This document shows positions 1 to 10,232 of a stretch of 64,000 bases of DNA, one piece after another. Origin of the DNA: Bacteroidales bacterium (GTDB taxonomy: Bacteria; Bacteroidota; Bacteroidia; Bacteroidales; WRGA01); NCBI GenBank assembly GCA_031553395.1, contig JAVBLR010000003.1, positions 69,799 to 133,798 on the forward strand. Reading direction: 5' to 3'. The translations under genes and the position numbers were made by a program. Each line of letters starts with the position of its first letter. Positions within the stretch are counted from its first letter, which is position 1. The notes beneath the pieces were generated by a model, which made no database searches, was not told where the DNA came from, and worked only from the letters and a program-made list of their open reading frames with translations.

Positions 1-794
1 TCATAATAATTAGCTAAAGATACAGCCAAATATGAATTACCGGGATCTAATTTCAATGCTTTTTGGTAATAATCGTATGCTTCTTTATTTTTTCCTGCAT
101 CTAAATATAAATCGCCCAACAAAACAACATATTTTAATTCATAAGGATATTTATTAATAAGTTGTTGAATTTCATTGAAAGCCTCTTTTTCTTTTCCCAT
201 GTATTGGTATAACTTATATTTTTGCAAGCTGATAGCTTCTGAAATGCCCATGCTCTCTTCTAATTTATTAAGAGATTTTATGGCACTTTCTGTATCTCCA
301 CTTTGGGCGTAAAGTGAAGCAAGGTTATAGTTTAACTCGGGCTTTTCGGGATAAGACGGTATCATTTGCTCATAAGTTTCAATGGCTGTAGCAAATAAAT
401 GCATTTTTTCGCATTGCTCGGCTAAAGTAATAAGATACCAGTAATTTGAACGATCTAAAGATACGGCCTTTTGTAAGGCTGCTACAGCAGCCTTATTTTT
501 ATTCATTAATTTATAATAGGAAGACATTTCATACATTACCGGCGCACTTGCCGAATCAATATCATTGCAATGCAGCAACAAATCAAATGCGCGGTCATAT
601 TCCCCTTTATTTTTAGCTTTTAATGATTCTAAAAAGAAGTAATCAAACTTGCGTTTGTCTTCATTATTTAATGTTGATTGTTTTACTTTATTCGTTTGAC
701 TTTTATCATTAGTTGCCCCATGTAACGAAACTAATGGTAGAGTGTACAATATAATGAATAAAGATATGATGATTTTATGCATAAATTTTGACAT
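1..794 (-). CDS. TPR-repeat protein with N-terminal signal/anchor; partial, runs off the left edge
   Basis: Own translation of the minus strand from ATG at 794 (alternative 782): MSKFMHKIIISLFIILYTLPLVSLHG..., followed by TPR-like helical repeats (...AIETYEQMIPSYPEKPELNYNLASLYAQSGDTESAIKSL...YYQKALKLDPGNSYLAVSLANYY). The frame stays open to position 1. It is absent from the ORF track because there is no stop inside the window. Confidence 0.7.
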   Translation of the reverse strand, partial: MSKFMHKIIISLFIILYTLPLVSLHGATNDKSQTNKVKQSTLNNEDKRKFDYFFLESLKAKNKGEYDRAFDLLLHCNDIDSASAPVMYEMSSYYKLMNKNKAAVAALQKAVSLDRSNYWYLITLAEQCEKMHLFATAIETYEQMIPSYPEKPELNYNLASLYAQSGDTESAIKSLNKLEESMGISEAISLQKYKLYQYMGKEKEAFNEIQQLINKYPYELKYVVLLGDLYLDAGKNKEAYDYYQKALKLDPGNSYLAVSLANYY

Positions 795-1001
795 AATAAA
801 AAGAAAAGTGTCTAACAATAAGAATTATAATCTGCAAAAGTACAACAAAAATAAGAACAGACTATTAATGTTTACTTTTTTTAGGACATTCGGCTGAAAG
901 GAGTTTATTATAATCATTACAAAAGGAACAAATTTTATCTATTTTCTCCTCATTTTTAATTCTTTTTATGAATGAATTGCATATTAATCATTTATATATA
1001 T

Positions 1002-1009
1002 TAATTTTG
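1002..1009 (+). promoter_or_regulatory. Candidate Bacteroidota -7 promoter box (TAnnTTTG)
   Basis: TAATTTTG lies 33 nt upstream of the ATG at 1042 and matches the Bacteroides primary-sigma -7 consensus TAnnTTTG. Chance matches are common in AT-rich DNA. Confidence 0.4.
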
Positions 1010-1041
1010 CGCCCGATAATTTTAATTTAATTATATTATTT

Positions 1042-2283
1042 ATGAAACTATTCAACTTATACAAATATGCAGCAGTAGCTGCAATTATGATTGTTGCTCA
1101 TTCCTGTGGAAGTGATGATACCGGAGGATATAAAGCCAATTGGCAACCTACCGGACAAACCTATTGTTCGAAATCGACAGACCCAGCTAAGGCTGCTGAT
1201 GAGAGCGGTCCTTATTTTTTCTATCAGGAAGAAGATAAGAATGCCTCTACCCCAACTTATCGGAATGTAAGAGATGCATCCAAAGACAATACAAAATGTG
1301 CCGTGGGTTATACACCAGTATTCAAATCTACAAATATATCTACTGGTAGCTATGTCAGTTTTGCCCTTTATGGAAAAGACAGGGTTTTTGCAGCAGGAGT
1401 AACAGAAGGTATATTGGAATATGTAAATGGGAAATGGGATACACCTCTTGGTATGTCTGACGCCGTAAAAAATGATATCTTTTATGCTCGGATGAGGCAA
1501 GGTGCAAACGGCAAATTTTTTATATCTACATCTAAAGGAGTTTATTACCAAGCTGGCGATAATGTATACAAACAAGCTACCAGTCCTTGGGATAAAGGAG
1601 ATATGGCCGGCGCTTTAGGTGGAACAGATAAAAACTTTTTTGTATCTGCAGGAAGAAATTTCCGAGGTATTTATAAATGGGATGGTGTATCTAAATTTGT
1701 TCTAACAAACCAAGTTGAAGGATGCTTTTACTCAATTGAAGCATTAGACGATAATAATGTCTTTTTTGGTTCACATACAGAATCGGATGGAACTCCGGGA
1801 AAAACTTATGGTATTCGTCGTTATAATGGATCATCTATTGTTGCTATTGATGGATTTAAAGATGGTTCGTATAATCTGGCTACCCTTAATAATAAAATGT
1901 ATGCAGTAGGAGGAGGGAAAGTATATCTATGGAATGGAACAACATTTAATCCAATTTATGAAAAGGGGGGAACCCTTCGTGTTACCGGAGGTGCTTTGTA
2001 TTTGCTTACAGCATCCGAAGTTTTAGTATATGATGAAACTGCAAAAACTTTCACTTCGACAAAACCTGCTCTTACAGGTATTTATTATGATATTGTTTAT
2101 TCAGACGGATTTACGTATGCTTTTGGAGAAACAGGTGTTAAGGCTTATGCAAACAATGCTTGGACAAATATCTCTACTCCTGCAACAAAAATAACGACCG
2201 GTATTGCTTCTACACCTGGTCTTTTTATGGGGGGATTAGGAAATAATAAAGGTATTCAGATAATGGATAAAGTCTATAATTAA
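1042..2283 (+). CDS. Hypothetical lipoprotein, repeat-rich (beta-propeller-like), paralog of 2805..3914
   Basis: 413-aa ORF with a lipoprotein-type signal (…IMIVAHSCGSDD). It shares collinear motifs with 2805..3914: YTPxFKxTNIxxGS, GDxAGALGG, GCxYSIEALDDxNVFFG, NNKMYA, NNKGIQ. Confidence 0.75.
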   Translation: MKLFNLYKYAAVAAIMIVAHSCGSDDTGGYKANWQPTGQTYCSKSTDPAKAADESGPYFFYQEEDKNASTPTYRNVRDASKDNTKCAVGYTPVFKSTNISTGSYVSFALYGKDRVFAAGVTEGILEYVNGKWDTPLGMSDAVKNDIFYARMRQGANGKFFISTSKGVYYQAGDNVYKQATSPWDKGDMAGALGGTDKNFFVSAGRNFRGIYKWDGVSKFVLTNQVEGCFYSIEALDDNNVFFGSHTESDGTPGKTYGIRRYNGSSIVAIDGFKDGSYNLATLNNKMYAVGGGKVYLWNGTTFNPIYEKGGTLRVTGGALYLLTASEVLVYDETAKTFTSTKPALTGIYYDIVYSDGFTYAFGETGVKAYANNAWTNISTPATKITTGIASTPGLFMGGLGNNKGIQIMDKVYN

Positions 2284-2291
2284 TTGAATAT

Positions 2292-2321
2292 AAATGTGGG
2301 TTGCATCAACCCACATTTTTT
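2292..2321 (+). terminator. Intrinsic terminator hairpin
   Basis: AAATGTGGGTT (2292-2302) pairs with AACCCACATTT (2308-2318), with a 5-nt loop followed by Ts. It starts 9 nt after the stop at 2283. Confidence 0.6.
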
Positions 2322-2335
2322 AATAAATCAACTAT

Positions 2336-2800
2336 ATGATTAAACTCTACACAACAATTATAATAGGATTAATTGCATTATGGAATGCGGCAGCATATCC
2401 CCAAAAAAGTACATTAAAAATAGGAGATGATTTATATCCTTTAAATGCTATCAAAAATATTACTCTTTCCAGCAACAATACTATGTTGGTGAGTTTTAAA
2501 AACGGGGCTCAACACTTTTTCTCTCCTTGTCTGACTTGTTACTTTATAGATTCTCCTTCATCTATAGATAAGGTAATGAGTTCTGATTCCTTTGAAGTAT
2601 TTCCAAATCCGGTATCCGATCTGTTGTATATAAATAGTAACAACCCTATCGGGCTTATTTCTATTTATGATATTAATGGAAAACTGATTATTAGTCAGGA
2701 GTCTGATGAGATGCAAACCTCTATAGATCTTTCAATGCTAAGGAAGGGGATTTATTTTGTGAGAACAAATCAACAAGCTGTAAAAATCTTAAAAAAATAG
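2336..2800 (+). CDS. Small secreted protein with T9SS (Por) C-terminal sorting domain
   Basis: 154-aa ORF with an N-terminal signal peptide. The C-terminus FEVFPNPVSDLLYI...ISIYDINGKLI...LRKGIYFVR...KILKK fits the T9SS type A CTD pattern. Confidence 0.7.
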   Translation: MIKLYTTIIIGLIALWNAAAYPQKSTLKIGDDLYPLNAIKNITLSSNNTMLVSFKNGAQHFFSPCLTCYFIDSPSSIDKVMSSDSFEVFPNPVSDLLYINSNNPIGLISIYDINGKLIISQESDEMQTSIDLSMLRKGIYFVRTNQQAVKILKK

Positions 2801-2804
2801 ACAA

Positions 2805-3914
2805 ATGAATAATAAGTGCTTTTTAGTTATATTTCTGATAGCATCACTATTCTCTACGAAGATAGCCGCTCAATCGACAATAATGCATATACACACAAAA
2901 AATGGAAATGTTATCCAATATGATATTGCTGATGTAGATAGTATTACGTTTCAGGAATTTAATTATACACCAGCTTTTAAAAATACAAATATAACATCCG
3001 GGAGCTGGGATAATATTGCTCTTTGTAAAAATCGCCTTTTCGCTACTCATATGATTTCTGGAACGGTTGAGTATATAGATGGTAATTGGGTTACGCTAAA
3101 TACAGGATTCAGTGGCGCAAATAATTATCCAATTATAGGAGAGAATTCAGGAAGTATTTTAATTGCATCATCTGATGGTGTCTATGCGCAAAGCCCGAAT
3201 GATGGGAATAACTTTCATGTAGCATTGAATGGAAAAGGAGATCTTGCTGGAGCCTTAGGTGGAAGTAGTAAATATTATTTTTCGACAGGAGGTACAAATG
3301 GAAATGGTATTTTCCGATTTACAGGATATTGGTTTGCAGATACAAATCAATCGCTTGGATGTTGGTATTCTATTGAGGCATTGGATGACGATAATGTGTT
3401 TTTTGGGGCAGGAGCGAGCCATGTGTCTGCAAACTATGGAGTTGTAAGATGGGATGGACCACAGCAAAAAATAATGACAACCAACCTGACATCAGGAGTA
3501 TATACATTAACTAAATTCAATGATAAAATGTATGCTCAGGGACAAGATGGAGTTTATGTTTGGGATGGAAGTTCATTCGTGAAAATACATTCGACCGGAG
3601 GTATGCTACGAGTTGCCGGAAATAACTTATATTGTTTTAATAGTGCAGGTGTGTTAAAATTCGATGTAGCATCTTCCACTTTTAATGTTTGGGCTTCAAA
3701 GGATAAAGGTTATTTCACTGAAATCGAAGAATATGACGGATGGATATATTTATTTGGAGAAAAGGTTATTGGTTATAATAGAGCTTCAGATACCTGGAAA
3801 GATATTGCTTCAGATGGAAGCTATATAACGAAGGCTTTTATTTCTCCGGTGGGATTGTTTATTTGTGGAAATAACAACAATAAAGGCATTCAGAAAATGG
3901 TGCCGAATTATTGA
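2805..3914 (+). CDS. Hypothetical secreted repeat protein, paralog of 1042..2283
   Basis: 369-aa ORF with a signal peptide (…STKIAAQS). It has the same motif series as 1042..2283 and starts 5 nt after the previous stop. Confidence 0.75.
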   Translation: MNNKCFLVIFLIASLFSTKIAAQSTIMHIHTKNGNVIQYDIADVDSITFQEFNYTPAFKNTNITSGSWDNIALCKNRLFATHMISGTVEYIDGNWVTLNTGFSGANNYPIIGENSGSILIASSDGVYAQSPNDGNNFHVALNGKGDLAGALGGSSKYYFSTGGTNGNGIFRFTGYWFADTNQSLGCWYSIEALDDDNVFFGAGASHVSANYGVVRWDGPQQKIMTTNLTSGVYTLTKFNDKMYAQGQDGVYVWDGSSFVKIHSTGGMLRVAGNNLYCFNSAGVLKFDVASSTFNVWASKDKGYFTEIEEYDGWIYLFGEKVIGYNRASDTWKDIASDGSYITKAFISPVGLFICGNNNNKGIQKMVPNY

Positions 3915-3946
3915 TTACTCTATAATTTTCTGATATTTTTAAAAGT

Positions 3947-3988
3947 AAAACGAGCAGATAAACTAATAATAGTTATCTGCTCGTTTTT
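3947..3988. terminator. Bidirectional terminator hairpin between convergent genes
   Basis: AAAACGAGCAGATAA (3947-3961) pairs with TTATCTGCTCGTTTT (3973-3987), a 15-bp perfect stem flanked by A and T runs. It lies between the stops at 3914 (+) and 4031 (-). Confidence 0.65.
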
Positions 3989-4030
3989 ATTTACAATGAA
4001 AACCTGAATAGTTTTATTAATCGAAAGAAA

Positions 4031-5680
<1,650 letters not shown>

Positions 5681-5681
5681 T

Positions 5682-5738
5682 TACGTTATACGTTTTACGT
5701 CCTACGTTTTGGAGACGTAAGAGTGATAAAACGTAGGA
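5682..5738. repeat. Heptad-periodic hairpin element, TACGTTn class (groES-groEL spacer, proximal to groEL)
   Basis: Units read TACGTTA TACGTTT TACGTCC TACGTTT... TCCTACGTTTT (5700-5710) pairs with AAAACGTAGGA (5728-5738). It shares the 16-mer GTTATACGTTTTACGT with 13005-13020. Confidence 0.7.
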
Positions 5739-5770
5739 ATGTTTTTAATTTCTTAATCGAATATTTTTGT

Positions 5771-5829
5771 TTTACGTAACTTAAAATAGAAAAAACGCAA
5801 TACTCAAAGCGTATTACGTGTTACGTAAA
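5771..5829. repeat. Second ACGT-rich hairpin in the groES-groEL spacer
   Basis: TTTACGTAAC (5771-5780) pairs with GTTACGTAAA (5820-5829). There is an inner imperfect pairing GCAATAC/GTATTAC. It ends 10 nt from the groES stop. Confidence 0.6.
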
Positions 5830-5838
5830 ACGTTTTAC

Positions 5839-6108
5839 TTAAATAATTGCCAAAACATCAGATTGGCGCATGATAAGATAAGTTGTTCCGTCGAATTCAA
5901 GTTCTGTTCCGGCATATTTACCGTACAATACGTTTTGTCCTACTTGCAATACCATTTCTTCGTCTTTTGTACCGTTTCCTACTGCGATAACTTCTCCCTT
6001 CAATGGTTTTTCTTTAGCTGAATCTGGAATAATAATTCCGCTCGCTGTTTTTTCTTCTGCCACAGCCGGTTTGATCAAAACTCTGTCTGCTAATAGTTTA
6101 ATGTTCAT
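5839..6108 (-). CDS. groES: Co-chaperonin GroES (Cpn10)
   Basis: 89 aa, [46 protein letters not shown]..., upstream of groEL on the same strand. Confidence 0.97.
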   Translation of the reverse strand: MNIKLLADRVLIKPAVAEEKTASGIIIPDSAKEKPLKGEVIAVGNGTKDEEMVLQVGQNVLYGKYAGTELEFDGTTYLIMRQSDVLAII

Positions 6109-6518
6109 AATTGCTTAATTTAGAAATTATTTAGTAAAGTTTAAATTTAAAAATCCGATTTTATTATGAGCGAATTGTATGCCAAAAAATCTCATTATCG
6201 ATTAATATTCTTTATCTATCCGTATAAATGTTTTGTTTTCAGACAAATATAAGTTTTGTCGAATTCTCTGTTAATTTAATATTTTTCAAATAATCATTTT
6301 TCTGACAGTTATATGCCAATTTGATAATAGTAAAATCGTTTTTCCTGCAAAAATGACAGTCTATATAACGGCGAAAAACATGTTTCAAAACATTGTTTTA
6401 TAACATGTTTTTAGAGGTTGCTTTTTGCATTTTTTATTTATAATTTGCAAACCGTTTTAAATCGTATTGAGCATTTGCTTAAAAACGGATAATACACTTT
6501 ATTACAGAGAACTTATAC

Positions 6519-6577
6519 GGAATTAAAGATGTTCATAAATCCTTAATTCTTATTTTTTAACTCTTAATTTTAATTTA
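6519..6577 (+). repeat. CTTAATT-heptad leader immediately upstream of the EF-G paralog start
   Basis: GGAATTAAAG...TCCTTAATT CTTATTT TTTAACT CTTAATT TTAATTT ATC-ATG. GAATTAA (6520-6526) pairs with TTAATTC (6543-6549). The sense-strand unit is the same as upstream of glnN. Confidence 0.5.
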
Positions 6578-6579
6578 TC

Positions 6580-8739
6580 ATGAAGGTATATCAATCGAAT
6601 GAAATTAAAAACATTTCCTTATTGGGAAGTGCAGGATCAGGTAAGACCACCCTCGCAGAAGCTATGCTCTTCGAGAGTGGCTTGATAAAACGCCGCGGGA
6701 CAGTAGATGGAAAAAACACCGTGTCGGATTATTTTCCGGTGGAACAAGAATATGGCTATTCGGTTTTTTCCACGGTTTTTCATGTTGAATGGATGAACCG
6801 GAAGTTGAATGTAATAGATTGCCCGGGTTCGGATGATTTTGTTGGTAGTGTTATTACTGCATTAAATGTTACCGACACTGCAATTATGGTAATTAATTCT
6901 CAATATGGAATAGAGGTTGGAACGCAAAACCTATTCCGTTATACAGATAAATTGCATAAACCTGTTTTATTTGCTCTTAATCAGTTGGATAATGATAAGG
7001 CTGATTATGATAATATTATTGAACAACTTCGCGAAAATTATGGCGGACGGATTGTTCAAATCCAATATCCCATTTCATGTGGAGCATCTTTCAACGCAAT
7101 GGTCGATGTGTTGAAAATGAAAATGTATAAATGGAAGCCAGAAGGTGGTGTTCCTGAAGTTCTTGATATACCTGCAGACCAAATGGATAAAGCGCAGGAG
7201 CTACATCAAAAATTAGTTGAAGCTGCTGCTGAAAACGACGAAGCTTTGATGGAAAAATTCTTTGATCAAGGTTCCTTGACCGAAGATGAAATGCGTGAAG
7301 GAATTCGCAAAGGTTTGATAACGAGAGGGATGTTTCCCGTTTTTTGTGTTTGTGCCGGACGAGATATGGGTGTTCGCCGCATGATGGAATTTGTAGGCAA
7401 TGTAGCTCCTTTTGTAAGTGAAATGCCTAAACCAACAACCAAAGATGGAAAAGAAATAGCTCCGGATGCAAATGGCCCGACGAGTCTGTATTTCTTTAAA
7501 ACAACGGTAGAACCACATATTGGAGAGGTTTCTTACTTCAAAGTAATGTCGGGGAAAGTAAAAGAAGGAGATGATTTGGTAAATGTAAACCGTAGTTCGA
7601 AAGAACGTTTGGCTCAACTATTCTGTGTAGCAGGACAAATACGGAGTAAAGTAGAAGAATTGGTTGCAGGAGATATTGGTGTTTCAGTTAAATTGAAAGA
7701 TGTTCGCACCGGAAATACGTTAAATGAAAAAGGATGTGAGTATTTATTTGATTTTATTAAATATCCGGAGCCGAAGTATCGCCGAGCAATTCGTGCTGCA
7801 AATGAAGCAGATACGGAAAAGTTAAGTGAGGTGCTTACACGTATGCACGAAGAAGATCCAACATGGATTGTTGAGCAATCAAAAGAATTGAAACAAACAA
7901 TTATTCACGGGCAAGGCGAATTTCACCTTAAAACGCTTAAATGGCGTATCGAGAATAATGACAAAATAATGATTGAATATATCGAGCCGCGTATTCCTTA
8001 CCGCGAAACGATAACGAAAGCTGCACGTGCCGATTATCGTCACAAAAAACAATCGGGTGGGGCAGGGCAGTTTGGCGAAGTTCACTTGATTATTGAACCT
8101 TACCACGAAGGCATGCCGGTACCGGGAACATACAAATTCAATGGGCAGGAGTACAAAATAACTGCACGTGATACACAAGAATATAACTTGGATTGGGGTG
8201 GAAAACTTGTGTTTGTAAACAGTATCGTTGGAGGTTCGATTGACGCACGTTTTTTACCGGCTATACTAAAAGGTTTGATGGATAGGATAGAGCAAGGTCC
8301 TCTTACCGGTTCGTATGCACGTGATGTTCGTGTAATTGTTTACGATGGAAAAATGCACCCGGTAGATTCTAATGAAATATCTTTCCGGTTGGCAGGACGA
8401 AATGCGTTCAGTCAGGCGTTTAAAGAAGCTAACCCCAAAATTTTGGAACCGATTTATGATGTGGAAGTATTAGTTCCCGGTGATAGGATGGGAGACGTAA
8501 TGGGCGATTTGCAAGGACGTCGTGCTATTATTATGGGAATGAGCAGCGAAAAAGGCTTTGAGAAATTAATGGCTAAAGTTCCTTTAAAAGAAATGTCATC
8601 CTATTCAACTGCATTGAGTTCTTTAACCGGTGGACGGGCTTCATTTACCATGAAGTTTGCAAGTTATGAACTTGTACCATCTGATGTTCAAGAAAAACTA
8701 TTAAAAGAATACGAAGCTTCTCAACAGGATGCCGAATAA
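6580..8739 (+). CDS. Elongation factor G paralog (EF-G-like translational GTPase family)
   Basis: 719 aa with G-domain motifs GSAGSGKTT (G1, non-canonical versus AHIDAGKTT), DCPGSDDF (G3) and NQLD (G4). EF-G domain IV/V-like C-terminal sequence follows (GQFGEVHL..., GRRAIIMGM...). Confidence 0.88.
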   Translation: MKVYQSNEIKNISLLGSAGSGKTTLAEAMLFESGLIKRRGTVDGKNTVSDYFPVEQEYGYSVFSTVFHVEWMNRKLNVIDCPGSDDFVGSVITALNVTDTAIMVINSQYGIEVGTQNLFRYTDKLHKPVLFALNQLDNDKADYDNIIEQLRENYGGRIVQIQYPISCGASFNAMVDVLKMKMYKWKPEGGVPEVLDIPADQMDKAQELHQKLVEAAAENDEALMEKFFDQGSLTEDEMREGIRKGLITRGMFPVFCVCAGRDMGVRRMMEFVGNVAPFVSEMPKPTTKDGKEIAPDANGPTSLYFFKTTVEPHIGEVSYFKVMSGKVKEGDDLVNVNRSSKERLAQLFCVAGQIRSKVEELVAGDIGVSVKLKDVRTGNTLNEKGCEYLFDFIKYPEPKYRRAIRAANEADTEKLSEVLTRMHEEDPTWIVEQSKELKQTIIHGQGEFHLKTLKWRIENNDKIMIEYIEPRIPYRETITKAARADYRHKKQSGGAGQFGEVHLIIEPYHEGMPVPGTYKFNGQEYKITARDTQEYNLDWGGKLVFVNSIVGGSIDARFLPAILKGLMDRIEQGPLTGSYARDVRVIVYDGKMHPVDSNEISFRLAGRNAFSQAFKEANPKILEPIYDVEVLVPGDRMGDVMGDLQGRRAIIMGMSSEKGFEKLMAKVPLKEMSSYSTALSSLTGGRASFTMKFASYELVPSDVQEKLLKEYEASQQDAE

Positions 8740-8762
8740 TCTTTTTGATAAATAAATAAGCG

Positions 8763-8797
8763 ATAAACGAGCCTGTATTACACTTGGCTCGTTTATT
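8763..8797 (+). terminator. Intrinsic terminator of the EF-G paralog
   Basis: ATAAACGAGCC (8763-8773) pairs with GGCTCGTTTAT (8786-8796), 24 nt after the stop. Confidence 0.7.
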
Positions 8798-8956
8798 GAA
8801 GATATACTGGATAATACAAATCCACAATCAAGTGGAAATATTAAAATTGTTTCTGAGAGAGATCTTTGTGATTCATGTTCTGATGCATTAGATGAATTTA
8901 GGAAACAACGTCCAGGTATTGAAGTTGAAGTTGTATATAAAAATGAATATCCCTAA
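8798..8956 (+). pseudogene. Start-less C-terminal remnant of a nucleic-acid deaminase-type polymorphic toxin domain
   Basis: Own translation of the frame ending at TAA 8954-8956: ...DILDNTNPQSSGNIKIVSERDLCDSCSDALDEFRKQRPGIEVEVVYKNEYP*. The pattern E-x3-C-x-S-C-x6-F-x4-P-x-I-x3-V resembles the second zinc-ligand (CxxC) end of YwqJ/SCP1.201-like deaminase toxins. There is no in-frame ATG/GTG/TTG, and the HxE half is missing. It stops 3 nt before the ankyrin gene. Confidence 0.45.
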
Positions 8957-8959
8957 GTT

Positions 8960-9379
8960 ATGGAAAACTATGATTTAACAACACTGATTTTCAATGAAGA
9001 TTTTGAAAAAGCCAAAGATTATGTAATAAAGAATAGTATTGATTTGAACTATATTAACAATAAAGGGGGAACTCCCTTATTGGTAGCGATTGATACTGGA
9101 GATCTTGATATGATTAAATTTTTATTAGACCATGGGGCTAATCCTAATTTTTTATCAAAAGAAATCAATACACCTTTAATCGAAGCTATTGAAATAGCTG
9201 TAGAAGAAAGCGATTATACGTATCATGGAGAAAAAGAACCTCGCATTGATGTGATAGAATTATTGATAAAGTATGGGGCTGACATAAGATTAAAGGATGG
9301 TTTTGGCAGAACTCCGATATCATTTGCATCTCGGTATCATTTACGGGCACAGAAACTTTTTGAAGAAATGGAAAAATAA
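8960..9379 (+). CDS. Ankyrin-repeat protein (candidate orphan immunity protein)
   Basis: 139 aa with clear ANK motifs (GGTPLLVAIDTGDLDMIKFLLDHGANPN; GRTPISFA...). Its position directly after the toxin-tip remnant suggests the immunity role. Confidence 0.8.
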   Translation: MENYDLTTLIFNEDFEKAKDYVIKNSIDLNYINNKGGTPLLVAIDTGDLDMIKFLLDHGANPNFLSKEINTPLIEAIEIAVEESDYTYHGEKEPRIDVIELLIKYGADIRLKDGFGRTPISFASRYHLRAQKLFEEMEK

Positions 9380-9496
9380 GAGAGTTCTTACTCATTATAG
9401 CATGCCAAGGGTGATGAGTGCAAGTTCGGCGTTTCGCTTCGTTGCGGTTAAAAGCAGCCTTCTATATGCATTTATATCTCAAAGCTGAATAATAAT

Positions 9497-9504
9497 TAAC
9501 TTTG
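9497..9504 (+). promoter_or_regulatory. Candidate -7 promoter box (TAnnTTTG)
   Basis: TAACTTTG, 30 nt upstream of the rsmE ATG. Confidence 0.4.
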
Positions 9505-9533
9505 CCATTTCAGATACTTAATTTATTCTTAAA

Positions 9534-10229
9534 ATGTATATTTTTTATACTCCTAATATATCGACAAGCAATAGCCTTTCGGAAGAAGAATCGCGGCATG
9601 CAATAAAAGTTTTGAGATTGAAAGAAGGTGATGAAGTATTGCAAACTGATGGCAAAGGATTTTTTTACAGAACAATAATTGTCAGTGCAAATTCAAAACA
9701 TTGCATAACCGAAATAATCGAAACAATTCCTCAGAAAATCGAAAGGGATTTTCGCATTCATATTGCAGTTGCACCAACAAAGAATTTAGACCGGATCGAA
9801 TGGTTTGCCGAAAAAGCTACCGAAATTGGTATCGATGAAATTACTCCATTGCGATGTCGTTTTTCCGAACGAAAAGAATTAAAAAACGAGCGAATCGAAA
9901 AAATTCTGATATCGGCAATGAAGCAATCCCAAAAAACGAATTTGCCTGTCTTGAATTCAATAATTGATTTTAAAGATTTTGTCAAACGAGAATTTCCAGG
10001 ACAGAAATTTATTGCACATTGTTATGAAGGACAAAAAGAAGAATTAAAAAAGTTATATACAAAAGGTTCGGATGCTTTGATATTAATTGGCCCTGAAGGA
10101 GATTTCAGTCAGGAAGAAGTTCAATTGGCAATTGGAAACGGATTTATTCCGATTTCATTAGGGAATTCACGCCTACGCACAGAAACAGCCGCATTGGTTG
10201 CTTGTCATACAATACACGTAGTTAATTAA
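9534..10229 (+). CDS. rsmE: 16S rRNA (uracil1498-N3)-methyltransferase RsmE
   Basis: 231 aa with an RsmE-family pattern: N-terminal PUA-like region (EESRHAIKVLRLKEGDEV) and C-terminal SPOUT region (ILIGPEGDFSQEE...LGNSRLRTETAAL). Confidence 0.88.
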   Translation: MYIFYTPNISTSNSLSEEESRHAIKVLRLKEGDEVLQTDGKGFFYRTIIVSANSKHCITEIIETIPQKIERDFRIHIAVAPTKNLDRIEWFAEKATEIGIDEITPLRCRFSERKELKNERIEKILISAMKQSQKTNLPVLNSIIDFKDFVKREFPGQKFIAHCYEGQKEELKKLYTKGSDALILIGPEGDFSQEEVQLAIGNGFIPISLGNSRLRTETAALVACHTIHVVN

Positions 10230-10232
10230 GAA

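Noticed and set aside
6109-6579. Search for a CIRCE element or other known heat-shock operator upstream of groES
   Set aside because: There is no TTAGCACTC-N9-GAGTGCTAA-like sequence. Only generic AT-rich inverted and direct repeats are present (TGACAGTTATAT at 6302-6313 and TGACAGTCTATAT at 6353-6365; AAAAACATGTT/AACATGTTTTT), and I cannot tie these to a known regulator.
9380-9533. Locally GC-richer patch (GCATGCCAAGGGTGATGAGTGCAAGTTCGGCGTTTCGCTTCGTTGCGGTTAAAAGCAGCC) and ORF 9297..9488 downstream of the ankyrin gene, considered as a second toxin/immunity fragment or RNA gene
   Set aside because: Only short frames are open (27 codons or fewer on the minus strand, no start). There is no tRNA-like cloverleaf or strong hairpin, and I recognise no motif. 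It may be further gene debris, but the sequence alone does not support this.
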